A stretch of DNA of 64,000 bases from Peptidiphaga gingivicola (lineage in GTDB: Bacteria; Actinomycetota; Actinomycetes; Actinomycetales; Actinomycetaceae). Of this stretch, positions 39,234-50,774 are shown piece after piece; the stretch's first letter is position 1; every line of letters begins with the position of its first letter. The notes beneath the pieces were generated by a model that was given only the letters and a program-made list of their open reading frames with translations, did not search any database and was not told the origin of the DNA. The translations under genes and the position numbers were made by a program. The DNA is taken from the NCBI RefSeq assembly GCF_001652275.1, contig NZ_LVZK01000003.1, positions 383,672 to 447,671 on the forward strand, given 5' to 3'.

Positions 39234-40577
39234 TCAGCCCATCGTCGCCCTGCCGTCGCCGGAGATCGGCAGCGCGGGCCCGAGGAACCTAGGTTCGGGC
39301 TTGTAGACGGTCTTTCCGAGATCCTTGACGCGGGCGACCCATTCGCGCATGTCGCGTTTGATCTGACCCGAGTAGTTGTTTCCGTTGGCCGCGACGCCCC
39401 AGACCTTAAGCCCCAAGGCATCGCCCGTGTATATCGCCCGCGCCAGGTGGTAGCGCTGAGTGACGACGATCATCCGCTTGACCTTGAACACGTCGCGGGC
39501 GCGGTACATGGACTCGTAGGTCGAAAAGCCAGCGTGGTCTTCGAAGATGTCTTGGGGAGGAACGCCTTTGGCCTGCAGCCATTCGCGCATGACCTTGACT
39601 TCGTTGTATGCGACGGTTGCATTGTCCCCCGAAACCAAAACCTTCGGCGCGGCCTTTTTGCGATACAGCTCCAGCCCGCGTTCGAGCCTCTTGAGAAGCA
39701 TGGGGCTCGGTTTGCGGTTCGCGCGCACCGAGGCGCCGAGAATGAGAATGCAGTCGGCTTTCGCTTCCGAAGGCACCGAGTTGACGGTCACTACGGAGTC
39801 GTCGGTCGACGTTGTCATATAGACGTTTAGACCGGTGAAGACGAGGGCTCCCGTGACGACGATGGCAATGCACACTTTCGCAAGTCTCTTCACTAGGCTC
39901 TTCTTTCGTGGCGCGGACGCCTTGTCGCCCGGCCCGGTTGAGTTCCCGGTTATATCCGATGAGTTCTCAAGTATATCCGCGGAGCCGTCGTTTTCGGGGA
40001 GGCTGCCGGCGAAAGACGCCGAAACTGAGCCGAGTCCGCGCTCAACTGCCGTGGGAGTGTGAGAACAGCCCGCAGGCGGCGAATCGGCGAGCCGGCGCCG
40101 ACCGGTTCCCAAACCCATCACCGCCGTGTCCTGCCGATCGTCGGCGGACGGGCGGAAATCGAAGGAGGACCCGTCTCCGCCGAGTTCGATCCTCTCGCCA
40201 GGCTCCACGTTCCCGCCCGAGTTCCCGCCGTGAAGATCGTCGGCGCTCTGCGGTCCATGCAGATCATCGGCGCCCTTCGAGACGACGTCCAGATCGTCGA
40301 CGCCTTGCCCGGGGACGCCGACGGGCCAATCGGCGGGGTCGGCCGTTAAGGGAGCCGTGTCAGCCAAAGGCGGCGCCGCGTCGGAGGATGGGGGCGTCAC
40401 GCTGGATGACGCTGTAGACGGAGAGGCATGGGAATGTCTGCCTCTGGAGCCTCTGCGGGCAGGGATTCGGGAGGTGTTCCCGGCGTCGCCGAAAAGCCCG
40501 GACGCCGCCCTCGACGGCACACGCGAATCATCCGGCCGTTCGCGGGACGATCTCGCGCTTCCGTTGGAGTTGTCCAT
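39234..40577 (-). CDS. SanA/YdcF (DUF218) family protein with a long disordered N-terminal extension and one TM helix
   Basis: C-terminal DUF218 blocks (ILILGASV, KVLVSGDN, MIVVTQRYHLARA). The N-terminal 220 aa are Ser/Asp/Gly-rich with repeats. Confidence 0.65.
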   Translation of the reverse strand: MDNSNGSARSSRERPDDSRVPSRAASGLFGDAGNTSRIPARRGSRGRHSHASPSTASSSVTPPSSDAAPPLADTAPLTADPADWPVGVPGQGVDDLDVVSKGADDLHGPQSADDLHGGNSGGNVEPGERIELGGDGSSFDFRPSADDRQDTAVMGLGTGRRRLADSPPAGCSHTPTAVERGLGSVSASFAGSLPENDGSADILENSSDITGNSTGPGDKASAPRKKSLVKRLAKVCIAIVVTGALVFTGLNVYMTTSTDDSVVTVNSVPSEAKADCILILGASVRANRKPSPMLLKRLERGLELYRKKAAPKVLVSGDNATVAYNEVKVMREWLQAKGVPPQDIFEDHAGFSTYESMYRARDVFKVKRMIVVTQRYHLARAIYTGDALGLKVWGVAANGNNYSGQIKRDMREWVARVKDLGKTVYKPEPRFLGPALPISGDGRATMG

Positions 40578-40707
40578 CTCGCCTCCCCGGTCGTTTTGCC
40601 TGGTCTCCCTTCAAACATACAGGCAGAATCTGTGCCTTGCCGACGATTTTCATCACAGGCCCGCCGCGAGCGAGACAGGGCGAAGCGTCGCTTCGACCGA
40701 AGCAAGA

Positions 40708-40977
40708 TCACTTGGAACCAAGCGAGGGCAAAAACAGCTGCCGCCGCATAGCAGCGGCATTCTTCTCAATCCAATCGAGTTCGCGAACGACGTCGGAATG
40801 GCGATCTCTCATAGCCTCAAGGTTGCCGAGAACGGCATTGACCGTCTCCTCGGCAAGCGATTCGAGGTCGGCGCCGTCGGCCCCGAGTTTCTTCTCCAGT
40901 CTGGCGAAACCGCCCGGACGAACCCGGCCGAACTTTGTGGTGCCGTTGAACTTCAGGCCGAGATTCTCGTCGCGCAT
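40708..40977 (-). CDS. Hypothetical 89-aa protein
   Basis: ORF exactly fills the gap between the flavodoxin-like gene and the sanA-like gene. Balanced composition. Confidence 0.45.
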   Translation of the reverse strand: MRDENLGLKFNGTTKFGRVRPGGFARLEKKLGADGADLESLAEETVNAVLGNLEAMRDRHSDVVRELDWIEKNAAAMRRQLFLPSLGSK

Positions 40978-40981
40978 CCCG

Positions 40982-41545
40982 TCAGCCGCATGCCTGTTCG
41001 GACGCCAGAATGCGCCTCGCCTCCTCGACCAGCGGCGTGACGGCTTTGCGGTCAGTGTGGTCGTAGCCTTCGACGATGCCGTTGGCCACGGCCTCGGCCC
41101 ACTCGCCGCGATGGCGATGCCTCTGAACCCGCTTGGAGAAGATCTTCAGAAGCGTCTTTTCCGGCCAATTCAGACCGTCATAGGCAATGCCGCCCTCGAA
41201 GTAGAAGAAGGGGAATGTGCCGCGCGCGAGTTCCTCCTTCGTCAAGGTCGCCGCGGGCGAACGCCAGTCGCGGTCGGGATGCACGGGTGTGCCGCCGGTG
41301 GCGAAGACGATCACACGGCCGGTTCCGTACAGCCCGTCGCGCTTGATCTTTCGTCTGAAATCCTTGAAGCCCCGGACGGCGCTCATCCGAACCCCCGCCC
41401 CGTAGACCACCAGGCGATACGCGGCTAAGTTCATTCCCTTGGCCTCGTCCCAGGAAAGAAGGTCGGCCTCCAGATCCTGGGCGATCCATTCCGCGTATGT
41501 GCGGCTGAATCCCGTGACGGTGTTGTAGACGACGGCAATGCTCAT
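40982..41545 (-). CDS. Flavodoxin-like fold protein
   Basis: MSIAVVYNTVTGFSRTYAEWIA flavodoxin-like N-terminus. Internal start of ORF 40982..41683. Confidence 0.65.
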   Translation of the reverse strand: MSIAVVYNTVTGFSRTYAEWIAQDLEADLLSWDEAKGMNLAAYRLVVYGAGVRMSAVRGFKDFRRKIKRDGLYGTGRVIVFATGGTPVHPDRDWRSPAATLTKEELARGTFPFFYFEGGIAYDGLNWPEKTLLKIFSKRVQRHRHRGEWAEAVANGIVEGYDHTDRKAVTPLVEEARRILASEQACG

Positions 41546-41843
41546 TGTTTGTCTCCGCTTGTCGAGTCGAGGACGACGGCGCCGCCCCTCCCCCACTTTA
41601 GACTCGATGCGCGGGACGCGCTCGCAGTGTCGCCAACCCGCCACGACGCGATTGGCGACAATTCGCCATCTTGCTGCCGTCATGGCGTATTAAGAAAGAG
41701 AAGCGTCGCAAAAACAAGGCGAGGGGCAGGATGATTCCCGCCCCTCGCCGAGAGCTTCGCCTAGGCATGCGCTCGGTCGAGTCGTTCCGCCCGACCGGCT
41801 CTACCAGGCCGCACCGGACGCCGCACCGGACAAGGTCCGCCGC

Positions 41844-42959
<1,116 letters not shown>

Positions 42960-43006
42960 TTAGGCGGTCAATGAAATCGCGCCGTCGCCGTCAATTATCC
43001 ACCGAG

Positions 43007-43525
43007 TCAGTTCAATTCGGCGGCGACTCGTTCTGAGAGCGAACGCGCGCCCCTGGTGATTGCCACCGCGCCGGACTGAACTATCTCCCGTATTCCATAA
43101 GGTTCAAGCGCCGTGAGGAAAGCTTCGACCTTCGCATCGGATCCGGTCGCCTCGACGGTCACGGCGTCTGGGACCACGTCGACGACGTGGGCGCGGAAGA
43201 GGTCGACGATCTGAAGCACATTGGCCCGCGAGGAGTCGTTCGCCGAGACCTTGACGAGCAAGAGCTGGCGCTCGACGGCCGCGGCCGGATCCAGCTCGAC
43301 GATCTTCAGGACGTTGACGAGCTTGTTCAGCTGCTTGGTCACCTGCTCAATCGGAAGCTCGGCGGCGTCCACCACGACGGTCATGCGGGAAATGCGCGGG
43401 TCCTCGGTCTCTCCGACGGCGAGGGAATGGATGTTGAAGGCTCGGCGCGCAAAAAGGGCGGCGACTCGCGTGAGCACGCCCGGCTTGTTCTCGACCAGAA
43501 CGGACAACGTGTGACGGGTACTCAT
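43007..43525 (-). CDS. ilvN: Acetolactate synthase small (regulatory) subunit
   Basis: MSTRHTLSVLVENKPGVLTRVAALFARRAFNI ACT domain. Internal Met start. Confidence 0.9.
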   Translation of the reverse strand: MSTRHTLSVLVENKPGVLTRVAALFARRAFNIHSLAVGETEDPRISRMTVVVDAAELPIEQVTKQLNKLVNVLKIVELDPAAAVERQLLLVKVSANDSSRANVLQIVDLFRAHVVDVVPDAVTVEATGSDAKVEAFLTALEPYGIREIVQSGAVAITRGARSLSERVAAELN

Positions 43526-43536
43526 GTTTCTCCTCC

Positions 43537-45357
43537 TCAGGCGGCGTTCGGGTCCGTGGCCGGCCGGAACGAACGGGCGTAGATGATGTCGTCGTTGGAG
43601 ACGCCCGCGGGCACCATCGGCCACACTTCGGCGTCGGGAGAGGTGATGAACTCCAAGAGGACCGGCCGATCGTCGATCTCCATCGCCTTGGCAAAGGCGG
43701 CGTCGATGTCGTCTCCCTCCTTCACGCTCCAGGCGGCGCAGTCATAGGCCTCGGCCAGCTTGACGAAGTTCGGGACGCGCACGGTGCCGTGGCCGGTGTT
43801 GAGATCGGTGTGCGAGTACCTTCCGCCATAGAAGAGCGTCTGCCACTGGCGAACCATGCCGAGCGACGAATTGTTGATGATGCACACTTTGATGTTGATT
43901 CCCTCGATGCGGCAAGTGGCGAGTTCCTGATTGGTCATCTGGAAGGAGCCGTCGCCGTCGATCACCCACACCGTCTTGTTCGGGCAACCCACCTTCGCGC
44001 CCATGGCGGCGGGAACTCCGAACCCCATCGTCCCCGCACCGGAGGAGGTGATGAACTGCCTGGGGTGCTCGTGCCGGAGAAACTGATTGGCCCACATTTG
44101 ATGCTGGCCGACGCCGGTGACGTAGACGACGCCCTCGGAGCCCACCACGTGCGCCAACCGGGAAATGATGTGCTGGGGCTCGAGCAGCCCGTCGTCGACC
44201 TCTTCCCACCCGGGAGGGAACTTCTCGCGCAGCCCCTCGATGTGCTTCCACCACTCGGCGAGCGCGGGTTTGCCGTAATGGGCCTGCGCCTGCCGCAGCT
44301 CGGAGATGAGTTCGCCCACGGTTTCCTTCAGGTCCCCGACGATCGGCACGTCCGCGAAACGGTTCTTTGAGATTTCAGCCGGGTCGATGTCGATGTGGAC
44401 GACCTTCGCCGAGGGGGCGAATCCCTCGACCAGGCCCGTGACCCGGTCGTCGAAGCGCGCGCCCAGCGCGACGATGAGATCGGATTCCTGGAGGGCCGCC
44501 ACTGCGGGGACCGAGCCGTGCATTCCCGGCATTCCCAAATGATTCGGATGGGAATCGGGAACGGAGCCGCGCCCGGTCAGCGTGGTGACCGCCGGAAGGT
44601 TCCCAAGCTCGGAAAGCTCGACGATCGCCTCCGAGGCGCCCGAGCGAATGGCCCCGCCCCCGACGTACAGGACGGGACGCGCGGCAGTGGCGATGAGCCG
44701 CGCGGCCTCGCGGACCTGGCGGGCGTTGGGCTTGACGACGGGGTGGTACCCGGGAAGGTCCGTCTCCGGAGGCCACACGAAGTCCGCCTCCTCCACCTGC
44801 GCCGACTTCGTGACGTCGACGAGCACCGGGCCCGGCCTTCCCGTCGAAGCCAGATGGAACGCCTCGGCGATGCGCGCGGGGATCTCCTCTGCGCTCGTGA
44901 CGAGGAAGGAATGCTTGGTCACCGGCATCGTTATGCCCACAATGTCGGCCTCTTGAAAGGCGTCGGAGCCTATGGCGTTTGTCCCCACCTGGCCCGTGAT
45001 GGCGACGATCGGCACCGAATCCATGTGGGCGTCCAGAAGCGAGGTCACGAGATTCGTCGCCCCGGGGCCCGACGTCGCAATGCACACGCCCACCCTCCCG
45101 GTCGCCAAGGCGTAGCCCTCTGCCGCGTGGCCGGCGCCCTGCTCGTGGCGAACCAGGATGTGGCGAAGCTTGTCCGACTGAAAGATCGGATCGTACGTGG
45201 GGAGGATCGCCCCTCCGGGCATGCCGAATACGACGTCGACGCCAAGCTCCTCGAGCGAGCGAACGATCGAACGTGCACCCGTGGATTTCTCCCGAATCGG
45301 ACCTTGCGCCTTTTCGGCGTGGCTGGCGGCCACATCGGCCGGTGTCGGTTTGGCCAT
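43537..45357 (-). CDS. ilvB: Acetolactate synthase large (catalytic) subunit
   Basis: Thiamine-pyrophosphate enzyme motifs, 606 aa. Confidence 0.9.
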   Translation of the reverse strand: MAKPTPADVAASHAEKAQGPIREKSTGARSIVRSLEELGVDVVFGMPGGAILPTYDPIFQSDKLRHILVRHEQGAGHAAEGYALATGRVGVCIATSGPGATNLVTSLLDAHMDSVPIVAITGQVGTNAIGSDAFQEADIVGITMPVTKHSFLVTSAEEIPARIAEAFHLASTGRPGPVLVDVTKSAQVEEADFVWPPETDLPGYHPVVKPNARQVREAARLIATAARPVLYVGGGAIRSGASEAIVELSELGNLPAVTTLTGRGSVPDSHPNHLGMPGMHGSVPAVAALQESDLIVALGARFDDRVTGLVEGFAPSAKVVHIDIDPAEISKNRFADVPIVGDLKETVGELISELRQAQAHYGKPALAEWWKHIEGLREKFPPGWEEVDDGLLEPQHIISRLAHVVGSEGVVYVTGVGQHQMWANQFLRHEHPRQFITSSGAGTMGFGVPAAMGAKVGCPNKTVWVIDGDGSFQMTNQELATCRIEGINIKVCIINNSSLGMVRQWQTLFYGGRYSHTDLNTGHGTVRVPNFVKLAEAYDCAAWSVKEGDDIDAAFAKAMEIDDRPVLLEFITSPDAEVWPMVPAGVSNDDIIYARSFRPATDPNAA

Positions 45358-45445
45358 GGGCTCCTCCTTATGCGTCTTTTGCGTCGTTTTCAGTTGTCCG
45401 GCTCCCGCCGGGGGCCTTCGCCCGGCACAAGCCGGGCAAGGGCAT

Positions 45446-45470
45446 GAAAAAAGCCCCTCCGACGAGGGGC
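45446..45470 (-). terminator. Putative ilvB leader attenuator: hairpin GCCCCTCGTCGGAGGGGC followed by T6 (minus strand)
   Basis: A GC stem plus U-run lies 90 nt upstream of the ilvB ATG. A short upstream ORF (about 45490-45561, minus strand; MRVNLLFMKILSVRNGRVANAC) may be the leader peptide. Confidence 0.5.
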
Positions 45471-45646
45471 GCGCAGCACGAAACTAGCAAGCGTTTGCCA
45501 CGCGCCCGTTTCGTACCGAAAGGATCTTCATGAACAAGAGGTTAACTCGCATGTCGCCATAAACCAAGCCGCCGCGTTTTTATCTCATATTTTGGATAAC
45601 GGTATCAGGATGTGAAACACTCTCCGAGGCGAAGTAAAGTTGAAGA

Positions 45647-46984
45647 GTGACCGAGAAACACCGCCCCGAATCCCTTGCCGTGCACACGCGTTTGGCTCAT
45701 CAAACGCACGTCGTCCTCAGGCTTGGACAGTACATGCTGGCCTCCGGAGCGTCCGCTTTTCGAGTGCAGGACGGCATGGAGCGCCTCGCGCGAGCCGTGG
45801 GCATCGAAAGGCTCCACGTCCAAATGACGTACACAACCATCACGGCGACGGCTTGGGCAAACGGGACCTTCCGCACGGAGGTCGTCGAACAGCGAAACCT
45901 CGGGGTAAACGCCGACCGCATCGACCGTTTCAACGCGTACGTTCAGTCCCTGCCCGCCTCGCTCCTCGTCGAGGACGCCATCAGGGACATCGAAAAGATT
46001 CACAGGCGACCGGTGCTCTATTCGATTCCCGTCTCCTCCATCGCCTCCGGCCTGGCCTGCGCGGGCTTCGCCTTCCTCAACAAAGGCGGGCTCGTCGAAT
46101 GCCTGGCCGTGCTCGTCGCCGCACTCATCGGGCAGGCGGTTCGCAGGCTGCTTCTCAAACGCCACGTCAACCACTTCATGACGTGGATGGTCTGCGGCTT
46201 CGCCGCGTCGGGCCTCTACATGGCCATCGTCGGCTCCCTCCAGAGCACCGACGTCATCGACGCGACGCATCAAGCGGGCATGGTCTCAGCCGTCCTCTTC
46301 CTGGTTCCCGGTTTCCCCCTCGTCACATCGATACTGGACCTCATACGCCAAGACTTCATAGCGGGCATCTCCCGGGGAACCTACGTCGTCATGCTGATCA
46401 TCGCGACGGCGGCGTCCGTCTGGGCCGTCTCGAGCATCTTCGACTGGTCGATCTCCACCACCCAGCCCGGCTACAGCCTCGAGCCGTTGCCGCTGGCCGC
46501 GGGCCGGGCACTGGCGACCTTCATCGCCGCCTACGGCTTCGCCATGCTGTTCAACGCGCCCGCGCAGGCCTGCCTGCTCGCCGGGCTGAACGGCACGATC
46601 ATCAACGTCGCCAGGCTCGTCGGCCAGGACGCCGACTTCAACCCCGTAGGCGCCGTCGGCATTGCCGCATTTTTCGCCGGCATCATCGCCCATGTCTTCT
46701 CTCGCCATTCCCGTTTTTCACGCGTCACCCTGTCGGTTCCGGCGGTCGTCGTCATGATTCCGGGAGTCCCGCTCTACCGCGCGATGACGGCCATGAGCGC
46801 CGGTCAAGACGTGCTGACGGCCCTCGAGTCGACGGTCACGCTGCTTTTGACGACGACGGCGATCGGCGTCGGCCTCGCGCTGGCCCGCGTCGTCACCGAC
46901 CGCCACTGGCGGATGGAGGAGCCCCCAGAGGTCCCGACCTTGGGAGACTCAACCCCGACGATCCCCGAGCCTTTCCGCCACTGA
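45647..46984 (+). CDS. Threonine/serine exporter (ThrE) family membrane protein
   Basis: Two-domain layout (DUF1212-like N-terminal part, DUF3815-like C-terminal part), multiple TM helices. GTG start. Confidence 0.65.
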   Translation: MTEKHRPESLAVHTRLAHQTHVVLRLGQYMLASGASAFRVQDGMERLARAVGIERLHVQMTYTTITATAWANGTFRTEVVEQRNLGVNADRIDRFNAYVQSLPASLLVEDAIRDIEKIHRRPVLYSIPVSSIASGLACAGFAFLNKGGLVECLAVLVAALIGQAVRRLLLKRHVNHFMTWMVCGFAASGLYMAIVGSLQSTDVIDATHQAGMVSAVLFLVPGFPLVTSILDLIRQDFIAGISRGTYVVMLIIATAASVWAVSSIFDWSISTTQPGYSLEPLPLAAGRALATFIAAYGFAMLFNAPAQACLLAGLNGTIINVARLVGQDADFNPVGAVGIAAFFAGIIAHVFSRHSRFSRVTLSVPAVVVMIPGVPLYRAMTAMSAGQDVLTALESTVTLLLTTTAIGVGLALARVVTDRHWRMEEPPEVPTLGDSTPTIPEPFRH

Positions 46985-47111
46985 CCGCCCTGCGGCGAAG
47001 GATCGCGGCAGCTGCGACGGGCCCGGCAGCAGAAAACCTGGCTGCGGAGAATGCTTGACGGCAGCTGGGCCGGCAGCCGGGTCAAGTCGGCAGCCGGGGT
47101 CAAACGAGCGG

Positions 47112-48734
47112 TCACAAAGTTCCGAGGATGTGCGCCAGCAGAATCTTCACGATCATCGCCACCGGATAGACGAGCGCGTATCCCAGCGCAACGCGCGGAT
47201 CGGCCCCGGTCCTGCCGTTTGCGAAGGCGAGGACGGCCGGCTGGGTCTGCGCGCCTCCGAGCAAGCCGGAAAGCTTCGTCCCACCCATCTTGAACACGCC
47301 GCGCATGACGATATAGAGCAAGGCCGCCACGACCGTCGTCGTGATGAAGCCCAGGATGAAGATCTTCCACCAGTGGCCTCCCGAGAAGGCCTCGAGGATC
47401 TGGGTTCCGGCGTTGGTCCCGGCGCGCGCGAGGAACATGAGCAGCCCCAACTCGGCCAGAACAGCGTTCGAGGTGCTCGGCAATGCGGTTATGAACGGCC
47501 CGATCCTGCCCACTTTTCCCATGATCAAGCCCACGATCAGGATGCCGGCGGCGTACCCCAGGGCGAAGTGGCCCCCGCCCGGGATGGGGAATTCGATTTC
47601 GCCGATGAAGTATCCGAGGGCAAGGCCCAGGCCCAGCGTCACTGGATTGATGTCGCTCAGGCCCTTCGACGAGTCGCCGAGCCACTTCGAGATTTCTTTG
47701 AGCTTGAGGGTGGGGCCGACGACGCGCACGCGGTCGCCCAACTCGACCATGAAGTTCGGCATGGCGAGCATGTCGGCGTCGCCCCTGCGAACTCGCGATA
47801 TCTTGGCGCCCCATCGCTCTTCAAGCTCTTTGTCGAGTTCGGCCACCGTCTTTCCCGCGTGGCTGTGCTTAGACACCGTGATGCGCCGGAAATCGAGCAT
47901 TCGGCGATCCGAGCGCAGCGAATGGCTCGATTTGTGCCCGAGGTGCTTGAGCGCGTCGTTGACGTTTTCGATCGTGCCGACGACCGTCACGAGGTCGTCT
48001 TTCTCGAGCACCTCGTCATTGTCGGGAATCCAGATCGGCCCCTCTTCTCCCCGGCGCATGCGCGAGATCTCAATGGGACCGCCCAGTTCGGCCTCGACCT
48101 GCTCGATCGTGGGGCGGTCGTCGCGTTCGACGCACACGTTGTAATGCGTGACGGGATCGGGCGTGTCGGTGTCTCCAGGGGCCTTGCGCAATGCCAGCTG
48201 CGCGGCGACGATCATGCCCAAAACCCCGAACAGATAGGAGACGGCGTACCCGACTGTCGCGAGCGACTCCTGCCCGGACGCCTCGCCCGCGGCGGCGAGC
48301 GCGGGGGTGTTCGTGATGCCGCCGGCGAACGTTCCCGCTATGATTCCCGGGTCCATCGCGAACACGTACCTGCCGACGAGGAAGGTGCAGGCGGCCGCGA
48401 CGATGAGGATTCCCACCATCGCAGCAATCGGCTGCGCCGCGTGTTTAAGGGATTGGAAGAAGCTCCTGCCCGAACTGTTGCCGATGGCAAAGGCGAAGAT
48501 GGCCAAGCCCAAAATGCCGACCTCTTGGGAGATGATCATCCCGCCCTTGTCCGCGTTGGCCGGAACGCCGAGGTGAACCCCGTAGGCCGAGACGGCGATG
48601 GCCAGGAAGAGCACCGCCGCGGCGCCTAGGCCGACCCCCTTTATCTTCCTTTCTCCCAGGTACATGCCAACACCCACCAGAAGGAAGGTGAAAAGGACGT
48701 GATGGTTTGCCAGGTACTCCAGAACAGTTTTCAC
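47112..48734 (-). CDS. Aspartate:alanine-exchanger (AAEx; YidE/YbjL-type) transporter with two internal TrkA-C domains
   Basis: Duplicated membrane domains flanking the soluble TrkA_C-like repeats. Confidence 0.7.
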   Translation of the reverse strand: MKTVLEYLANHHVLFTFLLVGVGMYLGERKIKGVGLGAAAVLFLAIAVSAYGVHLGVPANADKGGMIISQEVGILGLAIFAFAIGNSSGRSFFQSLKHAAQPIAAMVGILIVAAACTFLVGRYVFAMDPGIIAGTFAGGITNTPALAAAGEASGQESLATVGYAVSYLFGVLGMIVAAQLALRKAPGDTDTPDPVTHYNVCVERDDRPTIEQVEAELGGPIEISRMRRGEEGPIWIPDNDEVLEKDDLVTVVGTIENVNDALKHLGHKSSHSLRSDRRMLDFRRITVSKHSHAGKTVAELDKELEERWGAKISRVRRGDADMLAMPNFMVELGDRVRVVGPTLKLKEISKWLGDSSKGLSDINPVTLGLGLALGYFIGEIEFPIPGGGHFALGYAAGILIVGLIMGKVGRIGPFITALPSTSNAVLAELGLLMFLARAGTNAGTQILEAFSGGHWWKIFILGFITTTVVAALLYIVMRGVFKMGGTKLSGLLGGAQTQPAVLAFANGRTGADPRVALGYALVYPVAMIVKILLAHILGTL

Positions 48735-48897
48735 GAACGGCCTCCGAGCGGTCAGTCACCTTGAGGGGAACACCACCTATTGTGTTCCCTACAACACACG
48801 GGCGTCTGGGGCGGGAGTCCTAAAATCGCACATTTTCCCGCAGCAGGATGCAACTTTTCCCCTGATGAGACCTCGGCGATGAAACTCGGGGGCGGAC

Positions 48898-50730
48898 TCA
48901 GGGGAGCCGGCGGACGGCGCCTTTGTCCGCGCTCGTGACCATCGCAGCGTACGCCTGCAGAGCCTTGGAGACCTTTCTGTCGCGGGCGCTCGGCTTCCAC
49001 GGAAGCGAACCCTTGGCTTCGCGGCGTCGGGCGAGTTCGTCGTCGGAGACGTCGAGCTTGAGCGTTCGCGAGGGAATGTCGATGACGATCAGATCCCCCT
49101 CTTCGATCAGCCCGACGGCGCCGCCGGCCGCTGCCTCCGGCGAAATGTGGCCGATCGACAGCCCGGAGGTGCCGCCGGAAAAACGCCCGTCGGTGATGAG
49201 CCCGCACGCCTTCCCCAGCCCTAGGCCCTTGAGGAACGTCGTCGGGTACAGCATCTCCTGCATGCCCGGGCCTCCCTTAGGGCCTTCGTAGAGGATGACG
49301 ACGACGTCGCCGGGCTCAACGGCCTTGGACAAGATGAGCTCGACGCCGGCCTCCTGCGACTCGACGACGCGGGCGCGGCCCTCGAAGTGGAAGAGCGACT
49401 CGTCCACGCCGGCGGTCTTGACGACGGCGCCGTCCTCGGCGATGTTGCCGAAGAGCACGGCGAGCCCGCCGTCCTTCGTATAGGCTTCCTCGACCGATCG
49501 GATGCATCCGGAGACGGAGTCGGTGTCGAGGCTCTCCCACGTGGCGTCTTGCGAGAACGGCTTGGTGGTGCGCACGCGCCCCGGCGCGGCCTTGAATCTG
49601 TCGAGCGCCTCCTCGCAGGGATTGCCGCCGCGGACGTCCCAGCGGCCGAGCCACGCCTCGAGGTCGTCGGCGTGGACGGCATGGACGTCGCGGCGGAGCA
49701 GTCCGGCGCGGTCGAGCTCGCCGAGAAGCGCCGGGATGCCGCCGGCGCGGTGGAAGTCTTCGATGTGCCAGTCGTAGGAATTCGGCGCGATTTTCGCCAG
49801 GCACGGCACCTTGCGGGAGAGATCGTCGATGTCGCGCAGGTTGAAGTCAACCTCGCCCTCCTGCGCGGCGGCGAGGGTGTGGAGGATCGTGTTCGTGGAT
49901 CCTCCCATGGCGATGTCCATCGACATGGCGTTGAGGAACGCGTCGCGGGTGGCGATGCTGCGGGGAAGCACCGAATCGTCGTCCCGCTCGTAGTATCGCT
50001 TGCACAGATCGACGATGCGCCGCCCTGCCTCCACGAACAGATCGCGGCGGCGGCGCGCCGTTGCAAGGGTCGAGCCGTTTCCCGGGAGCGAGAGCCCGAG
50101 GGCCTCGGTCAGGCAGTTCATGGAATTGGCCGTGAACATGCCCGAGCACGAGCCGCATGTGGGACACGCGCTTTCCTCGACGAGTCCGAGTTGATCGTCG
50201 GTCAGCTCGTCGTCGGCTGACAAGGCGATGGCGTCGATCAAATCGGTGCGGTGCTCGATGACGCCGTCGACCGGCGCCCCCGATTCCATGGGCCCGCCGG
50301 AAACGAAAATCGCGGGAATGTTGAGCCGGAGGGCCGCCATGAGCATCCCCGGCGTGATCTTGTCGCAATTCGATATGCATACGAGTGCGTCCGCCGTGTG
50401 CGCGTTGACCATGTACTCGACCGAGTCGGCGATGACCTCGCGGGAAGGAAGCGAGTACAACATGCCCGAATGGCCCATCGCGATGCCGTCGTCGACGGCG
50501 ATGGTGTTGAACTCGCGCCCCACGCCCCCGGCCTCAGCGATGGCTTCGCACACGAGCGAACCCATGTTTTTCAGATGGACGTGCCCGGGGACGAAACCCG
50601 TGTAGGAGTTGGCGACGGCGATGATCGGCTTGCCGAAATCGGAGCCTTTCATTCCGGTGGCGCGCCAGAGTGCGCGGGCGCCGGCCATATTCCGTCCGGT
50701 GGTGGACGTAGCGGATCGCAGCTGCGGCAT
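48898..50730 (-). CDS. ilvD: Dihydroxy-acid dehydratase
   Basis: Motifs [14 protein letters not shown] and CPTCGSC. Met start at 50730. Confidence 0.9.
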   Translation of the reverse strand: MPQLRSATSTTGRNMAGARALWRATGMKGSDFGKPIIAVANSYTGFVPGHVHLKNMGSLVCEAIAEAGGVGREFNTIAVDDGIAMGHSGMLYSLPSREVIADSVEYMVNAHTADALVCISNCDKITPGMLMAALRLNIPAIFVSGGPMESGAPVDGVIEHRTDLIDAIALSADDELTDDQLGLVEESACPTCGSCSGMFTANSMNCLTEALGLSLPGNGSTLATARRRRDLFVEAGRRIVDLCKRYYERDDDSVLPRSIATRDAFLNAMSMDIAMGGSTNTILHTLAAAQEGEVDFNLRDIDDLSRKVPCLAKIAPNSYDWHIEDFHRAGGIPALLGELDRAGLLRRDVHAVHADDLEAWLGRWDVRGGNPCEEALDRFKAAPGRVRTTKPFSQDATWESLDTDSVSGCIRSVEEAYTKDGGLAVLFGNIAEDGAVVKTAGVDESLFHFEGRARVVESQEAGVELILSKAVEPGDVVVILYEGPKGGPGMQEMLYPTTFLKGLGLGKACGLITDGRFSGGTSGLSIGHISPEAAAGGAVGLIEEGDLIVIDIPSRTLKLDVSDDELARRREAKGSLPWKPSARDRKVSKALQAYAAMVTSADKGAVRRLP

Positions 50731-50774
50731 TGGTTTCCTTCCAGAAGAACAACGCCACAAGCATACTCTTGGTC

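Noticed and set aside
44375-45447. Overlapping ORFs inside ilvB (44375..45085, 44395..45447)
   Set aside because: Alternate frames of a well-supported TPP enzyme gene.
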